Shown: piece after piece, positions 9,925-19,195 of the stretch
Numbering within the stretch: position 1 is the stretch's first letter
How the letters are laid out: every line of letters begins with the position of its first letter
Assembly: GCA_039796155.1 (NCBI GenBank)
Contig: JBDKKJ010000007.1
Location: 1-56,408 of the forward strand
Direction of reading: 5' to 3'
DNA: 56,408 nucleotides
DNA from: Candidatus Parcubacteria bacterium
GTDB lineage: Bacteria > Patescibacteriota > Minisyncoccia > Phycocordibacterales > UBA6065
Made by a program: the position numbers and the translations under genes
Notes under the pieces: model-generated
Database searches by the model: none
What the model saw: only the letters and a program-made list of their open reading frames with translations
Told to the model about the DNA's origin: nothing

Positions 9925-10697
9925 AAACAATAGTATTTGATCTTGATGGAACTCTCGCAGAGAGCAAACAAGCAATCGACTCTTCGATGGCTCTTTTGCT
10001 TTCAAAACTCCTTACAACACACTACGTAGCAATTATTTCTGGTGGCTCATACGAACAATTCAAAAAACAAATTGTTTCGAATTTACCTACAAATACACCC
10101 TTCGAAAATCTCTTATTGTTACCCGTGACCGGTTCAGCTGTGTACAGATATGTAGACAACGAATGGAAACAAGTGCATGCAGATGGATTACCGGCTGATC
10201 AAAAGAATCGAATCATCGATGCACTTCATAAAGCTGAAGAGTCGCTCATAATAAAGGACCAGACATTGTACGGAGAAAAAATAGAGGACCGTGGAACACA
10301 GATTACCTATTCCGGTCTCGGTCAGAACGCCTCAGTAGAAGCAAAACAAACCTGGGATCCAGACCAATCAAAACGAAAAAGAATGGTGGAAATTCTTTCA
10401 CCGATTCTTGCTGAATTTGATATCCATATCGGTGGTATGACGTCTATAGATATTACTTCTAAAGGCGTGGATAAGGCGTCCGGTATACGAACAATACAAA
10501 ATATGCTCGGTACCCCCATTTCTCATATCACGTTTGTGGGAGACGCTCTTTTTCCTGGAGGGAACGATTACCCTGCAACAACCACTGGTGCGAAATGTAT
10601 CAAGGTGATTTCGGTCTCTGATACCAAAAAAATTATCACATCTGTACTTGAGAAAGAAAACTCTATCTTTCGCGTCTTTTTGAAGAAGTTCTTCTAG
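9921..10697 (+). CDS. HAD-IIB family hydrolase (phosphomannomutase / sugar-phosphatase-like)
   Basis: 258 aa. FDLDGTL motif I, ISGGS, C-terminal GD..PGGND motif. The GTG start overlaps the upstream TGA (GTGA). Confidence 0.75.
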   Translation: MKTIVFDLDGTLAESKQAIDSSMALLLSKLLTTHYVAIISGGSYEQFKKQIVSNLPTNTPFENLLLLPVTGSAVYRYVDNEWKQVHADGLPADQKNRIIDALHKAEESLIIKDQTLYGEKIEDRGTQITYSGLGQNASVEAKQTWDPDQSKRKRMVEILSPILAEFDIHIGGMTSIDITSKGVDKASGIRTIQNMLGTPISHITFVGDALFPGGNDYPATTTGAKCIKVISVSDTKKIITSVLEKENSIFRVFLKKFF

Positions 10698-10704
10698 TCC
10701 CTAT

Positions 10705-11577
10705 CTACCAAGAGCCGCTTGAGCCACCACCGCCAGAAGACCCTCCTCCGAAACCACCAAAACCGCCACCTCGTCCGCCACGTCCGCCACCACCTAAAAA
10801 CCAGGTATTTCCGCCTGTATGGCTCTTAAACCACGTACTGCAATATTTTGAAAGGATAAAATCAATAACAAACCCGATCAAAGCGAGAATGGCGGCGCTC
10901 ATTAAACCCCAAAAGACAAACCCGGCGATTGCACCCAATATTCCACCCAACCACCAAGACTTTGATCGCGCCATCATAGAGAGAAAGTTCACCCCAACCA
11001 CAAGAGCAATAAAAACGAGATAAAAATAGTCAGGATGCGATCCATTCGACTGCTGATTGTCAGCAAGAGAAGCTGTAATAGTCGGATCCCCTTCAATTAC
11101 TCCAATTATTTGGTCTACCCCATTATTTATTCCGTCAAAATATCTATTTTCTTTAAAAGCAGGCGTCATAGCAGTACGGATAATAACGGATGCCTGTGCA
11201 TCAGTGACAGTACCCTCAAGCCCGTATCCAACCTCTATCCGAACTTTTCGTTCAGTTGGTGCAACCAGCACAAGAAGTCCGGTGTCTTTAATTTTTGAAC
11301 CAATGCCCCACTCCTCAAACAGCTTCACGGCGTAAGTCTCTACTGTTTCGTCACCAAGTGATGACACCGCTACAACTGATAACTGAACCCCGGCAGTACG
11401 TTCGAGATTCCCGATTTTATTTTCAAGCAATGCTTTTTGCTCTGTCGTAAACAAACGCGCGAAATCATTTACATAACCAGTTGGTTTACCCGGGCTCACA
11501 TATGCCAAGGCGGGGTTCGCGAAAGCGAACCCCGCCACAAGACAGAAAAGTGCTCGAGTAAGCCTTTTCATAAACAT
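10705..11577 (-). CDS. TPM-domain protein with Gly-rich C-terminus
   Basis: 290 aa. Signal/TM, then a TPM phosphatase-like domain (YVNDFARLFT...), TM helices and a GGGGRGGRGGGFGGFGGG tail. This is the classical partner of LemA. Confidence 0.8.
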   Translation of the reverse strand: MFMKRLTRALFCLVAGFAFANPALAYVSPGKPTGYVNDFARLFTTEQKALLENKIGNLERTAGVQLSVVAVSSLGDETVETYAVKLFEEWGIGSKIKDTGLLVLVAPTERKVRIEVGYGLEGTVTDAQASVIIRTAMTPAFKENRYFDGINNGVDQIIGVIEGDPTITASLADNQQSNGSHPDYFYLVFIALVVGVNFLSMMARSKSWWLGGILGAIAGFVFWGLMSAAILALIGFVIDFILSKYCSTWFKSHTGGNTWFLGGGGRGGRGGGFGGFGGGSSGGGGSSGSW

Positions 11578-12131
11578 TAGAACTGAACCGTTGGTGCGAC
11601 TTCAGTGCCTGCAGCCGCCTCAAAGTAAGCTCGTGAATCAAAACCAGTAAGGTTGGCAACAAGGGCGCTTGGGAAACGTGATACCGAGAGATTATAGGTT
11701 CGAACCTGATCATTGTATCGAGTTCGTTCAACTGAGATACGATTCTCAGTACCCTCTATCTGAGCCTGAAGAGTCTGAACATTAGCCGCAGACTGAAGTT
11801 GAGGATAGTTCTCCATCACCACAAGTAGTCGAGCGAATGAAGATTCTACCTCGCTTGCCGCCGCAGCCTTTGCATTCGCGGTCGTCGCACCTGAATAGCG
11901 AGTTCGAGCATCAGCAATTGCTCCGAATACAGCAGTTTCCTGCTTCATAATGCCCTTAACTGCATTTACAAGATTAGGAATAAGATCAAAGCGTCTCTGG
12001 TATTGAGTTTCTACCTGTGCCCACTGTGCATCTGCAGAAGTCTTTGCTGTAACAAGCTTGTTGTATGTAACACCGACATAGCCCAAAAGAATGACAATTA
12101 CCGCTACGATGATGATTGTTGATTTTTTCAT
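11577..12131 (-). CDS. lemA: LemA family protein
   Basis: 184 aa. N-terminal TM plus YNKLV...QWAQVE.QYQRR.DLIPNLV, the LemA signature. Confidence 0.9.
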   Translation of the reverse strand: MKKSTIIIVAVIVILLGYVGVTYNKLVTAKTSADAQWAQVETQYQRRFDLIPNLVNAVKGIMKQETAVFGAIADARTRYSGATTANAKAAAASEVESSFARLLVVMENYPQLQSAANVQTLQAQIEGTENRISVERTRYNDQVRTYNLSVSRFPSALVANLTGFDSRAYFEAAAGTEVAPTVQF

Positions 12132-12152
12132 GATTCTTTAATTATACCATCT

Positions 12153-12788
12153 TTATATAGAACGAAACACAAAAAGCGACAAAAGTCCGAAAACAATTGC
12201 AGCGTACAAAATATACGTAGCAAATACAAGGAGCAAGGGTATTTCAAAGAGAATAAAGGCTAAAAGCATGATAATACCCAAACACTGAAGAATCATTTTG
12301 GTTTTACCCATAGTCTTCGCAGGAACCACCTTACCTTTGTATCTATAATACGCTGATGAAACAAGAAAAATTTCAATAAGCACTATGACGAGAGCAAGAT
12401 ACGGACTAATATATTTTGAAACAATAATAACAGACACAGCTCCTATAAGAAGTTTATCTGCTATGGGATCATAGAGAGTGCCCCAGGTAGTGATCTTCTT
12501 CTGTGTTCGTGCCAATGCACCATCAAGAGCGTCAGAAAATGCAGAAAAGAGAAAAAGCACGGTTCCGACAACATATAAATCAAGAGCAAGAAGTAGCGCA
12601 ATAAATGGAATCGTCAAAAGTCTAAATTTTGTAATCTGATTAGGTGTAACAGACCTCGGCAATAACTTTAAAAAAGTTTTCGCCATGAGTCTATCAATAG
12701 CTGTTTCTCTTGTGAGGTAGGTTACCTTTGCCTCCGGTACATCGAGAAATCGGTCAAGAAACGTGAGTAGAGGGTGTTGTTCTTGCAT
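12153..12788 (-). CDS. CDP-alcohol phosphatidyltransferase family protein
   Basis: 211 aa, polytopic. D(x2)DG(x2)AR...D(x3)D motif (SDALDGALAR...YDPIADK). Confidence 0.85.
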   Translation of the reverse strand: MQEQHPLLTFLDRFLDVPEAKVTYLTRETAIDRLMAKTFLKLLPRSVTPNQITKFRLLTIPFIALLLALDLYVVGTVLFLFSAFSDALDGALARTQKKITTWGTLYDPIADKLLIGAVSVIIVSKYISPYLALVIVLIEIFLVSSAYYRYKGKVVPAKTMGKTKMILQCLGIIMLLAFILFEIPLLLVFATYILYAAIVFGLLSLFVFRSI

Positions 12789-12858
12789 ATCCTTAGACAG
12801 CTATCGTAGCAAAGAAAAAAGCCCCACGCCATGTTATGTGTGGGACCGAGCTTGCGAA

Positions 12859-12978
12859 TCAGTCTTCGCAATGATTTGAAATGTCGTCACAGTGGGGGTT
12901 TTGGAATGTAAGAGAACGATACAGGAACCAAACCACCAGAAGAACGACGATTGTAATCGTTATTTGAGTGTTCGACAT
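12859..12978 (-). CDS. possible small membrane peptide (39 aa)
   Basis: Own reading: MSNTQITITIVVLLVVWFLYRSL...; followed on the minus strand by a CCCAC/GTGGG hairpin plus a T-run (about 12815-12850). Confidence 0.3.
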   Translation of the reverse strand: MSNTQITITIVVLLVVWFLYRSLTFQNPHCDDISNHCED

Positions 12979-13082
12979 GTACGAGCAGGGGTTAAAGGCC
13001 TCAGATTATCTGTCTATACGTATAAGACTATACCTCTTACATTTATTTGCAACGTCTCAAAATATATGCTAACCTAAGCCCC

Positions 13083-13316
13083 ATGAGTACGATTTCTAGC
13101 GTAATGCCGTATATACAGATCGCTATTTCAGCGCTTCTTATCCTCGCAGTCCTCCTTCAGCACTCAGGTGCACAGAACGGTGGCGCTCTTGGAGGTTCTG
13201 ACAGTGGCACATCTGTATTTCATACCCGCCGAGGACCAGAAAAATTCCTCTTTATCGCAACAATCGTTTTGGGCGTGCTTTTTGCCGCTACGTCTTTCCT
13301 TTCGCTCCTACGCTAG
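13083..13316 (+). CDS. secG: preprotein translocase subunit SecG
   Basis: 77 aa from an internal Met. Two TM helices flank the LLQHSGAQNGGALGGS...F loop typical of SecG. Confidence 0.8.
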   Translation: MSTISSVMPYIQIAISALLILAVLLQHSGAQNGGALGGSDSGTSVFHTRRGPEKFLFIATIVLGVLFAATSFLSLLR

Positions 13317-13372
13317 CCGTACTCTCCTTTAATCTTAAAATTATTCTGTCCTAAAGACAGATTCTCCTCTAC

Positions 13373-15145
13373 ATGGAACCAAACCAGTCTCTTTGGCGAA
13401 CACTCGTTCGTGAACGAAAAGTACAGAGCCTTGAAAAAATTCAAACTGTATTTAATTCACTTTCTATTACAGAAAAGGTACTTTTTCTTATATTTGCTCT
13501 TATTTTTATATGTGCGACTCTTTCGCTCTTAGGAAAAACCAGTGCTGAATTCTCGGTAAACATTCCCCACGATGGCGGCGAGCTCATCGAAGGTGTAATC
13601 GGCACACCTCGATTCATTAACCCCCTTCTTGCGGTATCTGATGCAGATAGAGACCTCACGTCACTTGTCTATTCAGGTCTCTTAAAGGCTACACCTGAAG
13701 GAACGTTTGTTCCGGACCTTGCTGAAAGCATAACTGTGTCACCCGACGGTTTAACATATTCACTTACAATTCGTGAAAGTGCTGTTTTTCATGATGGCAC
13801 ACCAGTCATGGCAGAGGATGTAAAATTTACTGTAGAAAAAGCACAGGAACCAAACCTCAAAAGTCCGCGTCGTGTTAACTGGGAAGGTGTAGCTATTGAA
13901 AAAGTAGACGGTAAATCTATTGTCTTCTCTCTCAGACAGCCTTACGCACCCTTTATATCAAGCCTTACGTTGGGTATTATTCCAAAGCATCTTTGGCATT
14001 CCCTTGAAAGCGACCAAATTCCTTTTAGTGCACTCAATATAGACGCCATCGGCTCAGGACCATACATTATCAAGAACATGGTTCGTTCAAGCGACGGTAT
14101 TCCAAACGAAGTAGTACTTAAGGCAAATCCAAAATACGCTCTTGGTAGACCTCACATCACAACGCTTGATTTCAAATTTTTTGCCAATGAAAAAGCTGTC
14201 ATAGCAGCAATTCAAGAAGGTTCTGTTGAAAGCGCTTCAAACCTTACGCCAACAGGAGCGGTAAGCGTAAAAGATCTGCGTACTATTATTTCAGCACCAC
14301 TTACCCGTGTATTCGGTATTTTCTTTAATCAAAATGAGAACGAAATTCTTGCCCATAAGGAAGTTCGCAAGGCTCTTGGTCTCTCTATCGACTCAGACTA
14401 TATTGTTAACAATCTTCTTCAAGGCTACGCTTCAAAAATTAACGGTCCCCTTCCAGCAAACACTGTAGAAATCTCAACACTTACAGCTTCAACATCTTCT
14501 TCAACAGCAGCATCTGACACTCTTACAAAGGCAAAGTGGAAAAAGAATCCTTCAACAGGTATCTTTGAACTCAAAGGAAAAACCTCTTCTTCAACACTTG
14601 CCCTTTCCCTTTCAACAGCAAATATTCCTGAACTTGTTGCCACAGCAAAGAAAATTGAGTCAGACTGGTCTTCACTCGGTGCACATGTGGACGTCCAGGT
14701 ATTTGAACCAGCAGATCTCAATCAGGGAGTTATTCGCCCTCGAAAGTACGATGCACTTCTCTTTGGACTCGTAACGGGAAAGAATTCAGATCTCTATCCA
14801 TTTTGGCACTCATCTCAGAGAAATGATCCAGGACTCAATATCGCCCTTTATACCAATACTAAAGCAGATAAAGCGCTTGAAAAAATGAGAACAAGTACGT
14901 CAACTTCTGCAGTCGTAGCACAATACAATCTCTTCAGAAAAGAATTTGATACTGATACACCCGCAATATTCCTTTGGACACCAAACTTCATCTACGCCGT
15001 TCCAGACAAACTCCACGGAGTCACTTTGGGAGAAATTACTACACCGAGCGACCGATTTAACACCGTCGAACAGTGGTATGTAGAGACAGACACGGTTTGG
15101 AAGATATTTGTGAAAGACCAGAAAGACATTATTACAAAAAATTAA
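13373..15145 (+). CDS. ABC transporter substrate-binding protein, family 5 (peptide/nickel type), membrane-anchored
   Basis: 590 aa. N-terminal TM anchor and an SBP_bac_5-like pattern (FHDGTPVMAEDVKFT...). Confidence 0.8.
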   Translation: MEPNQSLWRTLVRERKVQSLEKIQTVFNSLSITEKVLFLIFALIFICATLSLLGKTSAEFSVNIPHDGGELIEGVIGTPRFINPLLAVSDADRDLTSLVYSGLLKATPEGTFVPDLAESITVSPDGLTYSLTIRESAVFHDGTPVMAEDVKFTVEKAQEPNLKSPRRVNWEGVAIEKVDGKSIVFSLRQPYAPFISSLTLGIIPKHLWHSLESDQIPFSALNIDAIGSGPYIIKNMVRSSDGIPNEVVLKANPKYALGRPHITTLDFKFFANEKAVIAAIQEGSVESASNLTPTGAVSVKDLRTIISAPLTRVFGIFFNQNENEILAHKEVRKALGLSIDSDYIVNNLLQGYASKINGPLPANTVEISTLTASTSSSTAASDTLTKAKWKKNPSTGIFELKGKTSSSTLALSLSTANIPELVATAKKIESDWSSLGAHVDVQVFEPADLNQGVIRPRKYDALLFGLVTGKNSDLYPFWHSSQRNDPGLNIALYTNTKADKALEKMRTSTSTSAVVAQYNLFRKEFDTDTPAIFLWTPNFIYAVPDKLHGVTLGEITTPSDRFNTVEQWYVETDTVWKIFVKDQKDIITKN

Positions 15146-15165
15146 TTTATATTTAAACAACCATT

Positions 15166-17172
15166 ATGGAAGACAATAAACCACAGACAAGCCCAACTTC
15201 TGCTCCAGCACCAGTAGAAGTAAATCCCGCTCCCGCAGCCCAAGGCCCACGACCAATGGGTCAACGACCTATGATGCGTCGCCATGATGGTCGACGTCCT
15301 TTCCGCGGTAACAACAATCGAGGTGGAGCTCCACGACCAATGGGTCAAGGCGCATCCCATGCTCCTCAGGGCCCGCGACCAGTGGGTGCTACAGGTCAGG
15401 TAAAACGCATGATGCGCCGACAGAAACCAATGCGAAGATTTAACCAGGGCGGTCCTCGACCAATGTCGAGCGAAAACCGCACTCCTTCAGCTGTTATTCC
15501 TCCTATTGGTGAAAACCTCCGCATCATTCCACTTGGAGGTGTAGAAGAAATCGGAAAGAACATGACAGCAATCGAATTTGGTAACGACATTATCGTTATT
15601 GATGCTGGTTTCCAATTTAAAGATGAGGCAACTCCAGGTATCGACTATATTCTTCCAAACACAAAATATCTCGAAGAACGAAAAAGTCAGATTCGTGGTA
15701 TGTTCGTAACTCACGGACACCTCGACCACATCGGAGGTATTCCTTACATCATTGATCGTATTGGCTACCCTACTATCTATACCCGACAGTTCGGAGCAAT
15801 CATGATTCAAAAGCGACAGGAGGAATTTCCACATCTAAAGCCCTTGGATATTAAAGTTATTACGGGGAACGAAACTATTACCTGTGGATCACTCAAGGTA
15901 AAGACATTCCCTATTTCTCATACAATTCCTGACTCAATGGGACTTATTGTTCAGACGCCATTTGGTGACATTGTATTCATCGAAGATGTCCGTGTAGACA
16001 ACATCAAGGGTGTTCCTACCGAAGAAGAGGTTGTGCAGTATCAGCAGTTTGCTGGTAAGGAAGCACTCCTTTTGACCATGGACTCAACTTCAATTGAAAA
16101 GCCAGGTTTCTCACTATCTGAATCTGTCGTTATTGAAAATATTGAAAAGTACGTGAAAGCAGTAGGGGGACGTCTTATTATCGGAACATTCGCATCTCAG
16201 GTAGAGCGTATCATCGCTATTATCAAGATGTCAGAAAAGTACGGTAAGAAAGTTGTTGTTGAGGGCCGTAGCATGAAGACAAACGTTGAAATCATCAAAC
16301 TCCTCAAACTTCTCGATATCAAGAATATTATTCCTGCTGAGCAAATTGAGAGCTACCCGCCAGACCGTATTGTGATGCTTGTAACAGGTGCTCAGGGTGA
16401 AGAATTCGCCGCTCTTATGCGCATGGCTACAAAGCAGCATAAATATATTCAGCTTCGAAAGAATGACACCGTGCTTCTTTCGTCATCTATCATTCCTACA
16501 AACCATAACGCGGTTATCAAGCTTAAAGACAACCTCTACCGAACCGAGGCTAAAGTTATTACCTATCTCGACTCTGATATTCACGCCTCTGGTCACGGAA
16601 ACCGTGACGAGCTCAAATGGATTCACGAGCAGATTAAATACCGCTTCTTTATGCCTGTGCACGGTTATCACTACATGTTGCGCCAGCACGCGGAACTCGC
16701 TATGGCTCTCGGTGTACCTAAAGAAAACATTATTATTCCTGACAACGGATCTGTTGTTGAAATCTATGATGGTGGAAAGTCTATTCGAGTGCTCAAGGAA
16801 AAGGCCCCTTCAAACCTCGTTCTCGTAGACGGATTCGCTGTTGGTGATGTTCAAGAAGTGGTCATCCGAGACCGTGTGATGCTTTCACAGGACGGAATGT
16901 TCATCGTTTTTGCCATCATAGACTCTCAAACAGGTCGCCTTCGAAAGTCTCCTGATATTATTTCTCGAGGATTCGTATATCTCCGTGAATCTCAGGACCT
17001 CCTTCGAGACACCCGAAACATTATCAAGGATACAATCGAAGAATCAGCACGCGGTATGAATCCTCTCAATGTTGAAATGATAAAGGCAAACGTAACAGAT
17101 ACCGTCTCACGACATCTCTTCCAGGAAACTGCAAAGCGACCAGTGGTGATTCCAGTACTTCTTACGATTTAA
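15166..17172 (+). CDS. rnj: ribonuclease J with a roughly 110-aa Pro/Arg/Gly-rich N-terminal extension
   Basis: 668 aa. Metallo-beta-lactamase HGHLDHIGG motif, beta-CASP, C-terminal domain. The N-terminus carries repeated GPRPMGQ-type units. Confidence 0.9.
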   Translation: MEDNKPQTSPTSAPAPVEVNPAPAAQGPRPMGQRPMMRRHDGRRPFRGNNNRGGAPRPMGQGASHAPQGPRPVGATGQVKRMMRRQKPMRRFNQGGPRPMSSENRTPSAVIPPIGENLRIIPLGGVEEIGKNMTAIEFGNDIIVIDAGFQFKDEATPGIDYILPNTKYLEERKSQIRGMFVTHGHLDHIGGIPYIIDRIGYPTIYTRQFGAIMIQKRQEEFPHLKPLDIKVITGNETITCGSLKVKTFPISHTIPDSMGLIVQTPFGDIVFIEDVRVDNIKGVPTEEEVVQYQQFAGKEALLLTMDSTSIEKPGFSLSESVVIENIEKYVKAVGGRLIIGTFASQVERIIAIIKMSEKYGKKVVVEGRSMKTNVEIIKLLKLLDIKNIIPAEQIESYPPDRIVMLVTGAQGEEFAALMRMATKQHKYIQLRKNDTVLLSSSIIPTNHNAVIKLKDNLYRTEAKVITYLDSDIHASGHGNRDELKWIHEQIKYRFFMPVHGYHYMLRQHAELAMALGVPKENIIIPDNGSVVEIYDGGKSIRVLKEKAPSNLVLVDGFAVGDVQEVVIRDRVMLSQDGMFIVFAIIDSQTGRLRKSPDIISRGFVYLRESQDLLRDTRNIIKDTIEESARGMNPLNVEMIKANVTDTVSRHLFQETAKRPVVIPVLLTI

Positions 17173-17182
17173 AATACAAAAA

Positions 17183-17217
17183 GGCGGGTTCAAGCTTCGC
17201 TTGAACCCGCCTTTTTG
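17183..17217. terminator. bidirectional intrinsic terminator
   Basis: 12-bp stem GGCGGGTTCAAG/CTTGAACCCGCC with a 5-nt loop, an A-run before and a T-run after. Confidence 0.7.
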
Positions 17218-17231
17218 CTATAATCCTTGGC

Positions 17232-18407
17232 ATGCCTGAAGAAATCACCCTTTCCCGAAAGCGCTCAGTAATGTACGCGCTCGCATTTATTTTTAGCCTT
17301 AGCGGCGCATTACCCGCATATATCAACTCTTCCTTCCTTGAAAGCATCCTCGGCAATTCAAGTCTCGTGGGGATTATATATACTGCAAGTTCAATCCTTG
17401 CCATTGCTGCATTCATTGAAATGCCAAGCCTCATAAAGCGCTTTGGTAAATTTGGAGTCACTATCGGTCTTTTGTTGCTTGAAATCTTTTCTTTGGCAGG
17501 TCTTGTTTTCACGGACGGTAAACTCGCTGTCATATCCGCATTCATCCTCAACTTTGTTTCTGTATCTCTCATAAACTTTATACTCGATATATTTCTCGAA
17601 GCATTCTCATCAAACAGTAAGACTGGAAAGATACGCGGAGCATTTCTCACCATTGCTAATAGCGCTTGGCTTATTTCCCCTATTCTTGGCTCATATATCC
17701 TCGGCAACGAAGTGTTTAAAAATATTTATATAGTGAGTGGAGCCCTCCTTGTTCCTGTTATTGCACTCGTGGCACTCAATTTACGAGCTTCAAAGGAACC
17801 CGAATATAGTCGTATGCCCTTCTGGAAGAGCTTTGGTGAAATATGGGCCGATCGAAATATTAAAGGTGTGCTTCTCATTCAATTCCTACTCCAGTTCTTC
17901 TATGCATGGATGATCATCTATACCCCTATTTATCTTCACGAAACTGTAGGTTTTGACTGGTCGACCATAGGATATATTTTTACGGTAATGCTTTTACCTT
18001 TCGTGCTTCTCGAATCGGTTCTCGGTCGGCTTGCTGATAAAATTGGCGAAAAAATCATGCTGTCGATAGGTTTTATTATCATGGCCGTGTCCACAGTGCT
18101 CATTGCATTTGTTACCGATCACAATGCTGTTATTTGGACCGCTGTACTCTTTATGACTCGCGTTGGCGCGGCCATGGTAGAAGTCATGACAGACACCTAT
18201 TTCTTTAAGAAAATTGATGCTTCGAAGACCCACATCATCAGCTTCTTTAGAACGGCACGTCCCCTCGCCTATGTTGTAGGACCAATCATTGCAACCATAC
18301 TCTTTACAGTATTTGATATGAAGGGACTCTTTATATTCCTTGGCTTCCTTATGCTCTACGGACTCCGTTACAGCCTCTCTATCGAAGACATAAAGCCTCG
18401 TATCTAG
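17232..18407 (+). CDS. MFS transporter
   Basis: 391 aa, about 12 predicted TM segments, GRLADKIGEK loop motif. Confidence 0.8.
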   Translation: MPEEITLSRKRSVMYALAFIFSLSGALPAYINSSFLESILGNSSLVGIIYTASSILAIAAFIEMPSLIKRFGKFGVTIGLLLLEIFSLAGLVFTDGKLAVISAFILNFVSVSLINFILDIFLEAFSSNSKTGKIRGAFLTIANSAWLISPILGSYILGNEVFKNIYIVSGALLVPVIALVALNLRASKEPEYSRMPFWKSFGEIWADRNIKGVLLIQFLLQFFYAWMIIYTPIYLHETVGFDWSTIGYIFTVMLLPFVLLESVLGRLADKIGEKIMLSIGFIIMAVSTVLIAFVTDHNAVIWTAVLFMTRVGAAMVEVMTDTYFFKKIDASKTHIISFFRTARPLAYVVGPIIATILFTVFDMKGLFIFLGFLMLYGLRYSLSIEDIKPRI

Positions 18408-19138
18408 TCATAGAGCACAGGCACGCTCACAAATTTTCCCTTGCCCACAATAACGTGGTCAATAAGAGCTATTCCCATAATCTTTCCCGCGCCCACAAGC
18501 TGTTTGGTTATGTCTATATCCGCCTGTGACGGAGTTATTACCCCTGATGGGTGATTATGCACCAGTATCACCGCAGAAGCCCCGTATTCAAATGCTGGCT
18601 TGAACACCTCGCGTGGATGGACAATGTTTGCGTCTATTGTGCCCATAGATAAAACCTCATCATGAATAATTTGATGATGGTTGTTTACATATATCCCTCT
18701 TAAATACTCTTTTGGTAATGCATGCATGTCTCGGACATACAAAGACACCTCTTTTGCATTACGCACGCTTATATTTCTACCTCCAGATTTCTTAAAGAAT
18801 CTCCTACCGAGCTCGCTTGAAGCAACCATCTGACACGCTTTGATAATCGGTATATTGAGCTTTTCTGATATTTTTGAAGCATCATCAAATGATGCAAAAC
18901 TCTTCTCGCCATACTCCCGAATAATTCTGGAAGCCATCATAAGCACATCTTCTTTGACCGTACCTGTGTTGAGAATAACGGCCAGTAATTCAACAACAGT
19001 AAGCATTCCAGGACCGTGAACAATCAGTTTTTCACGCGGTTTATCAGCATCGGGCATATCTCGAAGTTTATAAATATATTGTCGCACTGCTCCTTCCGTA
19101 AAAATTGAGTCTACGTTTTTTATCTCGTATGTATTCAT
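18404..19138 (-). CDS. radC: RadC-family JAB/MPN domain protein
   Basis: 244 aa. HhH-like N-terminus and a C-terminal HNHPSG JAMM motif. Confidence 0.85.
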   Translation of the reverse strand: MNTYEIKNVDSIFTEGAVRQYIYKLRDMPDADKPREKLIVHGPGMLTVVELLAVILNTGTVKEDVLMMASRIIREYGEKSFASFDDASKISEKLNIPIIKACQMVASSELGRRFFKKSGGRNISVRNAKEVSLYVRDMHALPKEYLRGIYVNNHHQIIHDEVLSMGTIDANIVHPREVFKPAFEYGASAVILVHNHPSGVITPSQADIDITKQLVGAGKIMGIALIDHVIVGKGKFVSVPVLYD

Positions 19139-19195
19139 ATGTGTATTAACTAATACACATATCCTACCGAGCGGTAGCTAAAGAAAAGATAAAGA

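Noticed and set aside
17162-17707. 181-aa minus-strand ORF
   Set aside because: It is antisense to the MFS transporter and spans the rnj terminator hairpin; no recognisable features.
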